Origin: Thermodesulfobacteriaceae bacterium
GTDB taxonomy: Bacteria > Desulfobacterota > Thermodesulfobacteria > Thermodesulfobacteriales > Thermodesulfobacteriaceae
Length of the DNA: 54,697 bases
Assembly: GCA_015494725.1 (NCBI GenBank)
Contig: WGAR01000003.1
Location: forward strand, 1-54,697
Reading direction: 5' to 3'
The notes under the pieces were generated by a model that saw only the letters and a program-made list of their open reading frames with translations, was not told the origin of the DNA and searched no databases. Shown piece by piece: positions 1-9,388 of this stretch. A program made the translations under genes and the position numbers. How positions within the stretch are numbered: position 1 is the stretch's first letter; each line of letters starts with the position of its first letter.

Positions 1-917
1 AGGGCCTTGCGCTGCTCCACGGTGGGCAGCCCCAGGCGTTTGTCCAGGATGTAGGAAAGGTGGTAAAGCCGGAACTTGGCGAACCGGGCCTGGTCGGTAT
101 GGGGCCAGGCGGTGGCCAGCAGCTTGTAAAAGATGCGGGCCCTCCGGATGCGTCCCCGTCGGAAATAAGCCTCCCCGAGCTTGAGCAGGAGTTCCGGGGC
201 CTCGTTTTCACGGCCCGAGAGATTGAGATAGCGAAAGTAAGCCTCCTCAGCCTTCTTAAGCTGCCCCTTACGAAGAAAATAATCCCCCAGAAACTTAAAG
301 ATCCCGGGGGCATAAGATTGCAGCTCCGGTTGTCGGGCTAGATCCTGCTGGACCTCTTGGATCGGCATTCCCGCCTGAAGAAGCACCTCCAGGGCCTGAG
401 CAATAAAGGGCTTGGCACAACCGGACTTAAGCACCTCCCGGGCCTTTTCCGCGGCCTTGGTCTGGATGCGATTTCGTAGATAGGCCCGGGCCGCCACCAT
501 CCGGGCCGCACATATCAGGTCGGCTCTACGGGCCTTCTTTTCCACTAATCGGGCATAAAACAGGGCTTCCCCGGCCTTTTGCAGATGAAGATAGGTCCGG
601 GCCAGAAGGAGCAAATCCTCCGGGGCCAGTTCATAGGAGAGGGAGAGAGGACCTAAAAGCCGGGCACATTCCTGATATTTTCCCAGGTCGTAGAGGATAT
701 GGGCCTCCAGCACCGCGGCGGGTTGATAGCGGGGGAAACGCCGCCGAAGCTCTCGCACCAGATAAAGGGCTCCCAAAAAGTCTCCCTGCTGATAGGCAAA
801 GCGTGTTTGTTCCAGCCACCAGGCCGGGTCTTCCTCCGGTTTCTGTCCGGCCCGAACCGGGACTATCCCCCCTCCCACCCAGAGGATCAGAATTCCTATC
901 GCCAGGAGTCTGCGCAT
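1..917 (-). CDS. Secreted/periplasmic tetratricopeptide-repeat protein, 3' end outside window (not in ORF track)
   Basis: Hand translation from ATG 917: MRRLLAIGILILWVGGGIVPVRAG (signal peptide-like), then TPR-like helices (AHILYDLGKYQEC, LGDYFLRKGQLKKAEEAY, LGEAYFRRGRIRRA); frame open to window edge. Confidence 0.8.
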   Translation of the reverse strand, partial: MRRLLAIGILILWVGGGIVPVRAGQKPEEDPAWWLEQTRFAYQQGDFLGALYLVRELRRRFPRYQPAAVLEAHILYDLGKYQECARLLGPLSLSYELAPEDLLLLARTYLHLQKAGEALFYARLVEKKARRADLICAARMVAARAYLRNRIQTKAAEKAREVLKSGCAKPFIAQALEVLLQAGMPIQEVQQDLARQPELQSYAPGIFKFLGDYFLRKGQLKKAEEAYFRYLNLSGRENEAPELLLKLGEAYFRRGRIRRARIFYKLLATAWPHTDQARFAKFRLYHLSYILDKRLGLPTVEQRKA

Positions 918-959
918 CTTCGCTTGGTTCCGATCTCTGAATCTTCCCCGGAGGAGATA

Positions 960-975
960 TGCAAAAAACAGACCT
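960..975 (-). promoter_or_regulatory. Putative sigma-54 (-24/-12) promoter for the TPR gene
   Basis: Minus strand AGGTCTGTTTTTTGCA: GG-N10-GC spacing with TTGCA; 15 nt identical to the element upstream of folD. Confidence 0.6.
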
Positions 976-1929
976 TTACTCCAGCCCCAAACGCTTGATC
1001 TTTTCGATGAGGGTGGTGCGTTTTATTCCTAAAAGTTTGGCGGCCTGGCTCTTGACCCCTTTAGAGGCCCGCAGGGCCCGGAGGATGAATTCCTTCTCTA
1101 TTTCCTGCAGGGCCTTGGGAAGACTAAATTCCTCAAAGCCGAAGTCCTTGATGGTAAAGGGGGGACGATCCTGAGCCCGGACGATATGATCCGGAAGGTC
1201 CTCCGGCCCTATGGTCTCGTTTTCCGAAAGGATTACCAGACGCTCCATAAGATTTTCCAGCTCCCTAACATTGCCCGGCCAGGAATATTGTAAAAGATAC
1301 CGAAGGGCCTCTTCGGAGAGACGCTTGAGGGGTACTTCCTCCCGGGCACAGAACTGACGCAAAAAGTGTTCGGCCAGAAGCGGGATATCTTCCTTCCTCT
1401 CTCGTAGGGGAGGTAATCTGATGGGTATAACATTAAGCCTAAAGTAAAGATCCTTGCGGAAACGCCCCTCCGAAACCTCCCTTTCCAGATCCCGGTTGGT
1501 GGCGGCAATGATGCGGATGTTTACCGGAATGGGGCGTTCTCCTCCCAGACGCTCCACGGTCTTTTCCTGAAGCACCCGCAGGAGTTTGACCTGGAGCTTG
1601 GGACTCATCTCCGCGATCTCATCCAGAAAGATGGTTCCTCCCTCGGCCATCTCAAAGCGACCGGGCTTGCTGCGATGCGCCCCGGTGAAGGCCCCTTTCT
1701 CGTAACCGAAAAGTTCCGATTCCAGAAGTTCCTCGGGAATGGCCCCGCAGTTTACCGGGATAAAAGGGCCCTCTTTGCGCCGGCTCTGACGATGAATGGC
1801 CCGGGCCACCAGTTCCTTTCCCGTCCCGGATTCTCCTAAAATCAGGACCGTGCTCTCCGTGGGAGCGACCTTCTCGATGAGACGAAAGACCTCTTTGATG
1901 GCCGGACTTTGCCCGATAATCTCCTGCAT
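976..1929 (-). CDS. Sigma-54-dependent transcriptional activator (AAA+ plus Fis HTH), no N-terminal sensor domain
   Basis: Walker [15 protein letters not shown] loop, [16 protein letters not shown]-terminal [15 protein letters not shown]; protein starts directly at IIGQS. Confidence 0.93.
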   Translation of the reverse strand: MQEIIGQSPAIKEVFRLIEKVAPTESTVLILGESGTGKELVARAIHRQSRRKEGPFIPVNCGAIPEELLESELFGYEKGAFTGAHRSKPGRFEMAEGGTIFLDEIAEMSPKLQVKLLRVLQEKTVERLGGERPIPVNIRIIAATNRDLEREVSEGRFRKDLYFRLNVIPIRLPPLRERKEDIPLLAEHFLRQFCAREEVPLKRLSEEALRYLLQYSWPGNVRELENLMERLVILSENETIGPEDLPDHIVRAQDRPPFTIKDFGFEEFSLPKALQEIEKEFILRALRASKGVKSQAAKLLGIKRTTLIEKIKRLGLE

Positions 1930-1937
1930 GTATTCGT

Positions 1938-1966
1938 TTTTTACCTCTTTGCCCCTGAGGTGTCAA
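1938..1966 (-). promoter_or_regulatory. Putative sigma-70 promoter of the activator gene
   Basis: TTGACA-17 nt-TAAAAA, 8 nt upstream of ATG 1929. Confidence 0.55.
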
Positions 1967-1987
1967 ATTTTTGAACCCTCCGGGAAC

Positions 1988-2015
1988 TTGACCCCGAGGC
2001 GGTGGGGGCTACAAT
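1988..2015 (+). promoter_or_regulatory. Putative sigma-70 promoter of nadC
   Basis: TTGACC-16 nt-TACAAT, 7 nt upstream of ATG 2023. Confidence 0.6.
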
Positions 2016-2022
2016 CCCTAAC

Positions 2023-2880
2023 ATGGTACTTGAGGCCTGGAGGCTGCGACCTCTGGTGGAGCGGGTCCTAAGGGAGGATCTCTTTTTCGGGGATCCTACC
2101 ACCGAGGCCCTGGTTCCGGAGGGATTGAAGGGACGAGGAGTATGTCGAAGCAAGGAGCCACTGGTGGTTTGCGGGTTACCGGTGGCCCGGGAGGTCTTCG
2201 GAGTGGTCGATCCGGAGCTGGAAGTGGATTTCCGGGTAAGGGAAGGGGAACAGGTGGAGGCTTATACCACCCTTTTTGAGGTGCGGGGACGGATTCGTTC
2301 CATCCTCCAGGGAGAGCGGGTAGCCCTTAACTTTCTACAGCACCTTTCCGGCATAGCCACCCTTACCCGTCGTTTTGTGGAGGCGGTGCGGGGGCTTCCG
2401 GTGCGGATAGTGGATACCCGTAAGACCACCCCGGGTCTGCGTTATCTGGAAAAATACGCGGTAAGGGTAGGAGGAGGCCACAACCATCGTTTGGGTCTCT
2501 CCGAGGGAGTCCTGATCAAGGATAACCATATCCGGGCCTGCGGAGGGATTAAAGAGGCGGTGAAAAGGGCCCGGGAAAAACTCCCCCATGTATTCCGCCT
2601 GGAGGTGGAGGTAAGCTCTCTCGAGGAGCTGGAAGAGGCCCTTTCGGCCGGGGCCGAGGTCATTCTTCTGGACAACTTCGATCCCCCTCGCGTCCGGGAG
2701 GCCGTGGCCCGGGCCCGCTCCCTCCGGCCCCAGGTGCTCCTTGAGGTCTCCGGAGGAGTAACCCTGGAGAATGTAAGGGCCTTTGCCGAGACCGGAGTGG
2801 ACCTCATTTCCGTAGGACGCCTCACCCATTCCGCTCCGGCGGTGGATATCCACCTGAAGATTACCGAAACCTTTAATTGA
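2023..2880 (+). CDS. nadC: Nicotinate-nucleotide diphosphorylase (carboxylating)
   Basis: [43 protein letters not shown] motifs; start moved to ATG 2023. Confidence 0.96.
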   Translation: MVLEAWRLRPLVERVLREDLFFGDPTTEALVPEGLKGRGVCRSKEPLVVCGLPVAREVFGVVDPELEVDFRVREGEQVEAYTTLFEVRGRIRSILQGERVALNFLQHLSGIATLTRRFVEAVRGLPVRIVDTRKTTPGLRYLEKYAVRVGGGHNHRLGLSEGVLIKDNHIRACGGIKEAVKRAREKLPHVFRLEVEVSSLEELEEALSAGAEVILLDNFDPPRVREAVARARSLRPQVLLEVSGGVTLENVRAFAETGVDLISVGRLTHSAPAVDIHLKITETFN

Positions 2881-2972
2881 AATTTTTCACTTACTATTGC
2901 CCTTTGGGTGAAGGAAATTATAGTAAGTTGGTCGGATTAACCAATTCCACAGTTCTCAGAAAGGAGGAAGGC

Positions 2973-3758
2973 ATGGCTCTGGACGAGGTGAAGATTACGC
3001 AGGCTATTGTGGAGAGGTTTATGGCCAAACTGGAGGGAGCGCTGGAGCTGGATGTGGCCATCGTGGGGGCCGGGCCGGCGGGACTCACCGCGGCCTATAA
3101 GTTGGCCCGGGAAGGGTTTAAGGTGGCCGTGTTCGAGCGCAAACTCTCCATCGGAGGAGGGATGTGGGGCGGAGGTATGATGTTTAACGAGATAGTGGTG
3201 CAGGAAGAGGGGGCCCGGATCCTCAGGGAAGTGGGAGTTCGGGTGGAACCGTGGCAGGAGGGATACTACACCGCCGATTCCGTGGAATGCGTTTGCGCTC
3301 TGGGGTTCGCCGCCCGGAAAGCCGGGGCTTCCATCTTCAATCTCTTCAGTGTGGAAGATGTCATGGTGCGAGAAAACAGGGTGGTGGGTCTGGTTATCAA
3401 CTGGACGGCAGTGGAAATGGGCGGGCTTCACGTGGATCCTCTGGCCGTGCGCTCCAGATACGTGGTGGAATCCACCGGACACGAGCTTTCCGTGCTCCAC
3501 GTGCTTCAGCGCAAGATGAATGTGAAACTTTTCACTCCCAGCGGCAAGATCGAAGGCGAGCGTTCCCTCTGGGCCGAGGTGGCCGAAACTACCACCCTGG
3601 AAAACACCCGGGAGGTTTACCCCGGGATATTCGTGGCCGGAATGGCAGCCAATGCCACCTTCGGTTCCTTCCGGATGGGACCCATCTTCGGCGGAATGCT
3701 CCTTTCCGGTGAAAAGGTAGCCCGGGAGATTGCCCGGAGATTAAGAGAAGAGAAATAA
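2973..3758 (+). CDS. thi4: Sulfide-dependent adenosine diphosphate thiazole synthase
   Basis: [21 protein letters not shown] (His where suicide THI4 has Cys), [13 protein letters not shown]; AAGGAGG SD before ATG 2973. Confidence 0.95.
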   Translation: MALDEVKITQAIVERFMAKLEGALELDVAIVGAGPAGLTAAYKLAREGFKVAVFERKLSIGGGMWGGGMMFNEIVVQEEGARILREVGVRVEPWQEGYYTADSVECVCALGFAARKAGASIFNLFSVEDVMVRENRVVGLVINWTAVEMGGLHVDPLAVRSRYVVESTGHELSVLHVLQRKMNVKLFTPSGKIEGERSLWAEVAETTTLENTREVYPGIFVAGMAANATFGSFRMGPIFGGMLLSGEKVAREIARRLREEK

Positions 3759-3764
3759 AAAAGA

Positions 3765-3788
3765 AAGGGCGGGCCAGGGCCCGCCCTT
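3765..3788 (-). terminator. Intrinsic terminator between convergent thi4 and ppaC
   Basis: aagggcgggcc/ggcccgccctt inverted repeat; the A-run on its left gives a U-tail for ppaC. Confidence 0.8.
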
Positions 3789-3802
3789 AAGACTCAAACT
3801 CC

Positions 3803-4762
3803 TTAGGCCCCGAAGGCCTTCTCCAGCGGCGGTACCACCTGTTTCTTACGGCTCATAACTCCATCCAGCCAGATGCTCTTGCCCTCCAGCTTCTTCCCGA
3901 AGGCCTTCTCGATTACCGAAGGATCGTCGGTTACCACCAGGAGCTCGGTTCCCTCCTTCATGATGTCGGTAAGCATAAGAACGATGGTGTGGTATCCTCC
4001 CTCGGCCTTCACCTTCTGCATCTCATCATAGATGGAATCCTTCACCTCCGCCAGGAGATCCAGGCTTACCACCTCGATCTGTCCGGCTCCTACTTTGTTG
4101 CCGGCCATGGTGTAATCCTTAAAGTCGCGGTAGAGAAGGTCGCGCGGGCTCTTTCCGGAAACATCGCTCTTGGCCTTGAACATCTCCATGGCAAAGGCCA
4201 TGATGTCATCAATGCCGGCGATCTTGGCCAGATCCTCCGCCGCCTTCTTGTCGAAATCGGTGGTGGTTACGGACTTGAAGGCCACCGTATCCGAAAGGAT
4301 GGCCGCCAGCAGGATTCCGGCGATCTCCTTGGGAATATCCACCTTAAAGAATTCGAACAGGGACTTGATAATGGAGGCGGTGCATCCGGTGGGCATATTG
4401 ATGAAGACAATGGGATTGGGAGTGGTGATGTCCCCGATCTTGTGGTGATCGATGATGGCCACGATCTCGGCCTGATCGATATTGTCCAGGGTCTGGCCCC
4501 GTTCGCTGTGATCCACCAGGATCACTTTCTTTCCGGCTCCATCGGTCATGAGCTCTGGAGTGGGAACCCCGAAGTGCTTGAGGACGAACTCGGTTTCGGG
4601 GTTGAGATCCCCCTGACGAACCGCCACCGCCTCTTCCTTATGGTGCGCACAGTAAGGGCTGCCGCTTTTTACCAGCTGGTTGCGCAAATAGGCATACCCT
4701 ATGGCAGAACAAATGGAATCCGTATCCGGACTCTTGTGACCGGCTACATAGATTTTACTCAT
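3803..4762 (-). CDS. ppaC: Manganese-dependent inorganic pyrophosphatase (family II, DHH)
   Basis: GHKSPDTDS, LVDH, IDHH, AILSDT, RDFK, SRKKQVVP motifs. Confidence 0.96.
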   Translation of the reverse strand: MSKIYVAGHKSPDTDSICSAIGYAYLRNQLVKSGSPYCAHHKEEAVAVRQGDLNPETEFVLKHFGVPTPELMTDGAGKKVILVDHSERGQTLDNIDQAEIVAIIDHHKIGDITTPNPIVFINMPTGCTASIIKSLFEFFKVDIPKEIAGILLAAILSDTVAFKSVTTTDFDKKAAEDLAKIAGIDDIMAFAMEMFKAKSDVSGKSPRDLLYRDFKDYTMAGNKVGAGQIEVVSLDLLAEVKDSIYDEMQKVKAEGGYHTIVLMLTDIMKEGTELLVVTDDPSVIEKAFGKKLEGKSIWLDGVMSRKKQVVPPLEKAFGA

Positions 4763-4800
4763 TTCCCTCCCTCCTTTTAAAAATTAGATTCAGCCAATTT

Positions 4801-4829
4801 TTGCTATCACGCTGAAGCTCTTCTGTCAA
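4801..4829 (-). promoter_or_regulatory. Putative sigma-70 promoter of ppaC within the hflX 3' end
   Basis: TTGACA-17 nt-TAGCAA with extended -10 TG. Confidence 0.5.
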
Positions 4830-6441
4830 GGAAAAGGGCGATGCGGGAGAGTAGGGGAGGGAGGGTATGAGGGTCCAGGGCCGAAATGGCTTCGGCCTGA
4901 TAACGCCTCCGGTAGGCCAGGACCTCTTCCGGAGGAACTTGATCGATCTTGTTGAAGACCAGAAGACGCTCTACCCCGAGTTCCATCTGGTCAAGGATTT
5001 CCTCCACCGCCTGGATATGTTCCTCGAAATGGGGATGGCTGATGTCCACCAGATGGAGGAGGAGATCCGCCTCATAAAGTTCCTCCAGGGTGGCCTGAAA
5101 GGCCTTGCGCAGTTCCTGGGGAAGATCCCGGATAAAACCCACTGTATCCGTAAAGAGAACCGTTTTCCCGTTGGGAAGATATACCCTGCGGGTGGCCGGA
5201 TCCAGGGTGGCGAATAATCTGTCTTCAGCCAGAAAATCTTCCCTGGAGAGGGTGTTAAGCAGGGTGGTTTTCCCGGCGTTGGTATAACCCACCAGGGCCA
5301 CCACCGGCAGACCCTTCCTCCGGCGGCGTTTGCGTCTTAGCCCCCGCTGTTTGGAGATCTCCCTCAACTCCTTTTCCAGACGGGCAATACGTTCCCGAAT
5401 CCTTCGACGATCCACTTCCAGTTTGGTCTCACCCGGACCGCGGCCACCGATACCTCCGGTGAGCCGGGAAAAGGCATCGTCCTTGGCCCGCAAGCGGGGA
5501 AGCATGTACTTGAGCTGGGCCATCTCCACCTGGATCTTTCCCTCGCGGCTTCTGGCTCGCTGGGCAAAGATGTCCAGGATGAGCTGGGTGCGGTCGATCA
5601 CCCGGAGATCGGTGATCTCGGTAAGGGCCCGGACCTGGGAGGGAGTGAGCTCCCCGTCGAAGATGAGAAGATTGGCCGAGGTCTGCATGGCCTGAATAAT
5701 AATCTCCGAAAGCTTACCTTTCCCCACCACATATCGCGGGTCCGGAGCGCTCCTCCTCTGAAGCACCTCGCCCACCACGGCTACCCCGGCGGTGCGGGCC
5801 AGTTCCCGGAGTTCCGCCAGACGTTCCTCCATGAGAAGCCGGGGGCCGGGATGGACCGCTACCAGAAGGGCCCGATCCTCCCGGTCGCTCACCTCCTTGA
5901 GCGGACGAACCCGCTCCAGTTCCTCCTCCAGCGACTCGATTAACCTCCGGTAATCGTCCCTGAGTTCCCAGGGATAGGCCGGATCCAGGTACCCGTAATA
6001 TCCGTTCTCGTCGCGCCGGGGCAGAAGATAGGCGGTGTGAAGACGCCCGGGCAGACCGTCCGCCCGCACCTCCAGGGCGCTCATGGTGTCCAGGCGAAGG
6101 AAGGCCAGATCCAGCAGGTCGTCCTGATCCAGACCTTCGTGGGAAAGATGGGTATGGACACATCGTAAGCCCAGAAGACGCCCGCTCGCTTTACGGGCCC
6201 GGGCGATCTCCGGAATCACGATCTGATGATAGCTCCCCAGGATCACGTACTCGATTTCCCCCCGTCGGTTGATCAGAATGCCTATCTGGCGGTTGAGTTC
6301 CCGGGAAAGACGGGCCATTTCCCGGCAGAGTTCATGCGTAATCAGATAATCCGGCGGAATACGACGCCGATAAAGACGTTCCAGAGCCCGGATTTCACTC
6401 GGGGACAGACCGGAGGTTTGACCGTAAACCGTGCGAGACAT
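4807..6441 (-). CDS. hflX: Ribosome-splitting GTPase HflX (long N-terminal form)
   Basis: DRTQLILDIFA, GGIGGRGPGETKLE, GYTNAGKT, DTVGFI, NKID. Confidence 0.96.
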   Translation of the reverse strand: MSRTVYGQTSGLSPSEIRALERLYRRRIPPDYLITHELCREMARLSRELNRQIGILINRRGEIEYVILGSYHQIVIPEIARARKASGRLLGLRCVHTHLSHEGLDQDDLLDLAFLRLDTMSALEVRADGLPGRLHTAYLLPRRDENGYYGYLDPAYPWELRDDYRRLIESLEEELERVRPLKEVSDREDRALLVAVHPGPRLLMEERLAELRELARTAGVAVVGEVLQRRSAPDPRYVVGKGKLSEIIIQAMQTSANLLIFDGELTPSQVRALTEITDLRVIDRTQLILDIFAQRARSREGKIQVEMAQLKYMLPRLRAKDDAFSRLTGGIGGRGPGETKLEVDRRRIRERIARLEKELREISKQRGLRRKRRRRKGLPVVALVGYTNAGKTTLLNTLSREDFLAEDRLFATLDPATRRVYLPNGKTVLFTDTVGFIRDLPQELRKAFQATLEELYEADLLLHLVDISHPHFEEHIQAVEEILDQMELGVERLLVFNKIDQVPPEEVLAYRRRYQAEAISALDPHTLPPLLSRIALFLDRRASA

Positions 6442-6444
6442 AGA

Positions 6445-7770
6445 TTAGCGCCGGGGTCTGAAAATCACCCGTAAAGGAGATTTTTGAAAACCGAGATAAC
6501 CCCGCAACCGATTACGAATAAAACGTTCTACACTTTTGGGAATTTCGTTGGGATAATTGCTGAATATCACCACCGTAGGCGGACGTATCTCCGCCTGGGT
6601 TGCATAGTAAAATTTTAATCGATGACCGGAGGGAGTGTAAAGGGCCCTTTCTCTTTTGATCTCTTCCAGGGCACGGTTTACCTGAGCGGTGGGAATGCGT
6701 CGGGAGTATTCGGCATAGACCTCCTCCACCAGAGGGAGGATCTCCTTCACCCTGCGCCCGGTGCGGGCCGAAACGGTAAGGATAGGGGCCCAGGGAACGA
6801 AGCGGGCCCCGTGCCGCACCTGCTCGAGAAGGATATTCCCCTCCTCGCGTCTTCCGTCGAGGAGATCCCATTTGTTTACCAAGATAATACAGGCCTTGTG
6901 GCGCTTTTCGATCTGGGCCAGGATCTTTTGATCCTGATCGGTTATACCCTCTTCGGCGGTAAGCACCAGAAGCGCCACCTCGGCCCGTTCCAGGGCCTCA
7001 AAGGCCTTGTCCACGCTGAATTTTTCCACCCGGGCTTTAATGCGGGGTCTGCGCCGGATGCCGGCCGTATCTATGAGAAGATAGCGCCGTCCATCCGGCA
7101 ACTCGAGAAGGGTGTCGATACTGTCCCGGGTGGTACCCGGGACATCCGAGACAATCATGCGTTCATAACCCACCAGCCGATTGAGAAGGGAGCTCTTGCC
7201 CACGTTGGGCCGCCCCAGGATGGCCACCCTGATAAGAGGTGTGGCCCGGGGCTCTTCTTCCTCCCCGGCTGTCTCCGGCAGCATTTCCCTTATCAGCCGT
7301 CTCAGTTCCTCAAGCCCCTTCTGGTGCCTGGCGGAAACGGGGACCAGGGGTTCGATGCCCAGGGAATAAAATTCGGCCACATTGAGAAGGTCCTCCCGAC
7401 CCTCGACCTTGTTTACCACCAGGATCACGGGCTTGCCCTTCTCCCTCACCCGTTCGGCCACTTCCTGGTCCAGAGGGGTTAGACCGGTCTTGGCCTCCAC
7501 CACCAGGAGGACCAGATCGGCCTCGCTTAGAGCCGCCTCCGCCTGTTTGAGGGTCTCCCGTACCAGAAGGTCCTCGGCCTCCGGTTCAAGCCCCCCGGTA
7601 TCAATGAGGATCACCTGCTGGTCCTCTATCTCCGCCTCACCATAGATGCGATCCCGGGTGACCCCCGGCGTGCGTTCCACTACCGCTTTACGCTCCCCGA
7701 TAAGGGTATTAAACAGGGTGGATTTGCCCACATTGGGGCGTCCCACCAGGGCTATTTTAGGTTTTTTCAT
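6445..7770 (-). CDS. der: Ribosome biogenesis GTPase Der (EngA)
   Basis: Two GRPNVGKS G-domains, PGVTRD/PGTTRD, DTGG/DTAG; start set at MKKPK (ATG 7770). Confidence 0.96.
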   Translation of the reverse strand: MKKPKIALVGRPNVGKSTLFNTLIGERKAVVERTPGVTRDRIYGEAEIEDQQVILIDTGGLEPEAEDLLVRETLKQAEAALSEADLVLLVVEAKTGLTPLDQEVAERVREKGKPVILVVNKVEGREDLLNVAEFYSLGIEPLVPVSARHQKGLEELRRLIREMLPETAGEEEEPRATPLIRVAILGRPNVGKSSLLNRLVGYERMIVSDVPGTTRDSIDTLLELPDGRRYLLIDTAGIRRRPRIKARVEKFSVDKAFEALERAEVALLVLTAEEGITDQDQKILAQIEKRHKACIILVNKWDLLDGRREEGNILLEQVRHGARFVPWAPILTVSARTGRRVKEILPLVEEVYAEYSRRIPTAQVNRALEEIKRERALYTPSGHRLKFYYATQAEIRPPTVVIFSNYPNEIPKSVERFIRNRLRGYLGFQKSPLRVIFRPRR

Positions 7771-7821
7771 GCGGGATTCCGAAGGTACCTGAAATTTGGA
7801 CCGGATTTCCGTTCCAGAAAC

Positions 7822-7850
7822 AAGGTAGGAAGAAGATGTGCTTCTGTCAA
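7822..7850 (-). promoter_or_regulatory. Putative sigma-70 promoter of der-hflX
   Basis: TTGACA-17 nt-TACCTT. Confidence 0.55.
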
Positions 7851-9388
7851 CGCCCCCGCCGCAGGGAGAGCTTTTTTCGCACACTGGGGAAAAGATCCAG
7901 ATTGGTATGCGGGAGGAAGAGGCTTCCGGTAAGGAGTTGCATGAAACGATTTTCCACGTTCATCTCCAGATAGGTAAGCCGGGAGAGGATGTCCCGCACC
8001 TCCTCGAAACTTCCGCGCAAAAGGAAGTGCACCGTCCCTTCCCCTGCGGCGTTTCCCAGGACCCGGAAACGTTCCCGGGGAAGATCCGGGAGCATCCCCA
8101 CGGTGATGGCCGCCTCGGGATCGATGCGACTTCCGAAGCTTCCGGCCACCATGAAACTCTCCAGATCCTGGAAATCCACCCCCAGGCTCTGACAGATCAC
8201 CGTAAGCATGGTGTACATGGCTCCCTTGGAGCGGATGAGATTCTTGACCTCTCCCTGGGTGATGTAAATAGGTTTTCCGTGGCCGGTCTCCTCCGGTTCC
8301 GCCACCACAAAGGCCATTTCCCCCTCGATCTCTCGAAAACGCTCCGGCCATCTTTCCACCTGAAAGATTCCCTGGGGATTAATGAGCCCGCTCAGGAAGA
8401 GCTCCGCCAGGAGTTCGATGGTTCCGGAACCGCAGATCCCGATGGGGGGAACGTTGCCTATGGTTTGGTACTCGATGCGATGGTCTCGAATACGAATACG
8501 CTCGATGGCTCCCTCCCGGGCCTGTAACCCGCAGGAGAGAACTCCTCCCTCCAGCGCGGGCCCGGCGGCTCCGGCGCAGGCCAGAAGAAATTCCCGGTTC
8601 CCCAGCACGATCTCGGCATTGGTCCCCACATCCACGAAGAGCCCCAGGCCTTCCTGACGATGGAGCCCGGCAAAAAGGAGCCCGGAGATGAGGTCCCCTC
8701 CGAAATAGCTCCCGCCGGAGGGAAAAACGAAGATAAGCCCCTCTCGGGCTCCGGGGAGTCCCACCTCGGAAAGCCTTAAGGGATCCACCCAGTTGGCGGC
8801 CGGAATGTAGGGTTCCCGGTAAAGCCAGCGGGTGGGAAGCCCCAGAAAGAAGTGGGTCATGGTGGTATTGCCGCAGAAGGCCACATAATATATCCGGGAT
8901 ACGTTTTCTGCGCCCACCAGGGCACGAATCTCCCGGTCCAGGGCCTCCAGGGTTACCGCGCGGAGTTCGGCCAGCCCCTCCTGCCGGGAGGCGTGGTGAA
9001 GGCGGGTGAGGATGTCCTCTCCGAAGGGAATCTGCGGGTTCCGAAAGCCCCTCTTGCCTGCCACCCTGCGGTTTTCAAAATCCACCAGATAAAGGGCCAC
9101 CCCGGTGCTTCCCAGGTCTATGCCCAGCCCCAGGACCGGGGCCTTTTCCTCCGGGGTGCGCACCTCCAGCACCCGGAAGCCCTCACCGGTGCGCCCCAGG
9201 ATGGCCCTCACCCGAAAATCCGCCCTCCGCAGGATCTCCGGGAGTTCGCGCAGCACCTCCAGGGGAATCTCTACCTCGGCCCGGAGACGTTCCTTCAGAC
9301 CTTCACGCAGACGTCTCTCATCAGAGCGCTGATCGTTCAGCGAGGGCCCGGGAAGTTCCAGATCCAGGATCTCCACCGCGGGCTTCAT
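7847..9388 (-). CDS. ASKHA-type ATPase, RACo/AcsV-like corrinoid reductive activator lacking the N-terminal [2Fe-2S] domain
   Basis: IDLGST, NPQIPFGEDILTR, GNTTM, YFGGD, VDVGTNAEI, GPALEG, GICGSG, AGSFG, GNAA; ATGA overlap with archease stop. Confidence 0.88.
   Translation of the reverse strand: MKPAVEILDLELPGPSLNDQRSDERRLREGLKERLRAEVEIPLEVLRELPEILRRADFRVRAILGRTGEGFRVLEVRTPEEKAPVLGLGIDLGSTGVALYLVDFENRRVAGKRGFRNPQIPFGEDILTRLHHASRQEGLAELRAVTLEALDREIRALVGAENVSRIYYVAFCGNTTMTHFFLGLPTRWLYREPYIPAANWVDPLRLSEVGLPGAREGLIFVFPSGGSYFGGDLISGLLFAGLHRQEGLGLFVDVGTNAEIVLGNREFLLACAGAAGPALEGGVLSCGLQAREGAIERIRIRDHRIEYQTIGNVPPIGICGSGTIELLAELFLSGLINPQGIFQVERWPERFREIEGEMAFVVAEPEETGHGKPIYITQGEVKNLIRSKGAMYTMLTVICQSLGVDFQDLESFMVAGSFGSRIDPEAAITVGMLPDLPRERFRVLGNAAGEGTVHFLLRGSFEEVRDILSRLTYLEMNVENRFMQLLTGSLFLPHTNLDLFPSVRKKLSLRRGR

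Noticed and set aside
60-1174. Short ORF-track calls at the left edge (60-341, 631-819, 699-998, 959-1174)
   Set aside because: They overlap the TPR gene or the sigma-54 activator in other frames
2881-2972. TPP riboswitch upstream of thi4
   Set aside because: Leader is short and the conserved TPP aptamer core is not recognisable by eye
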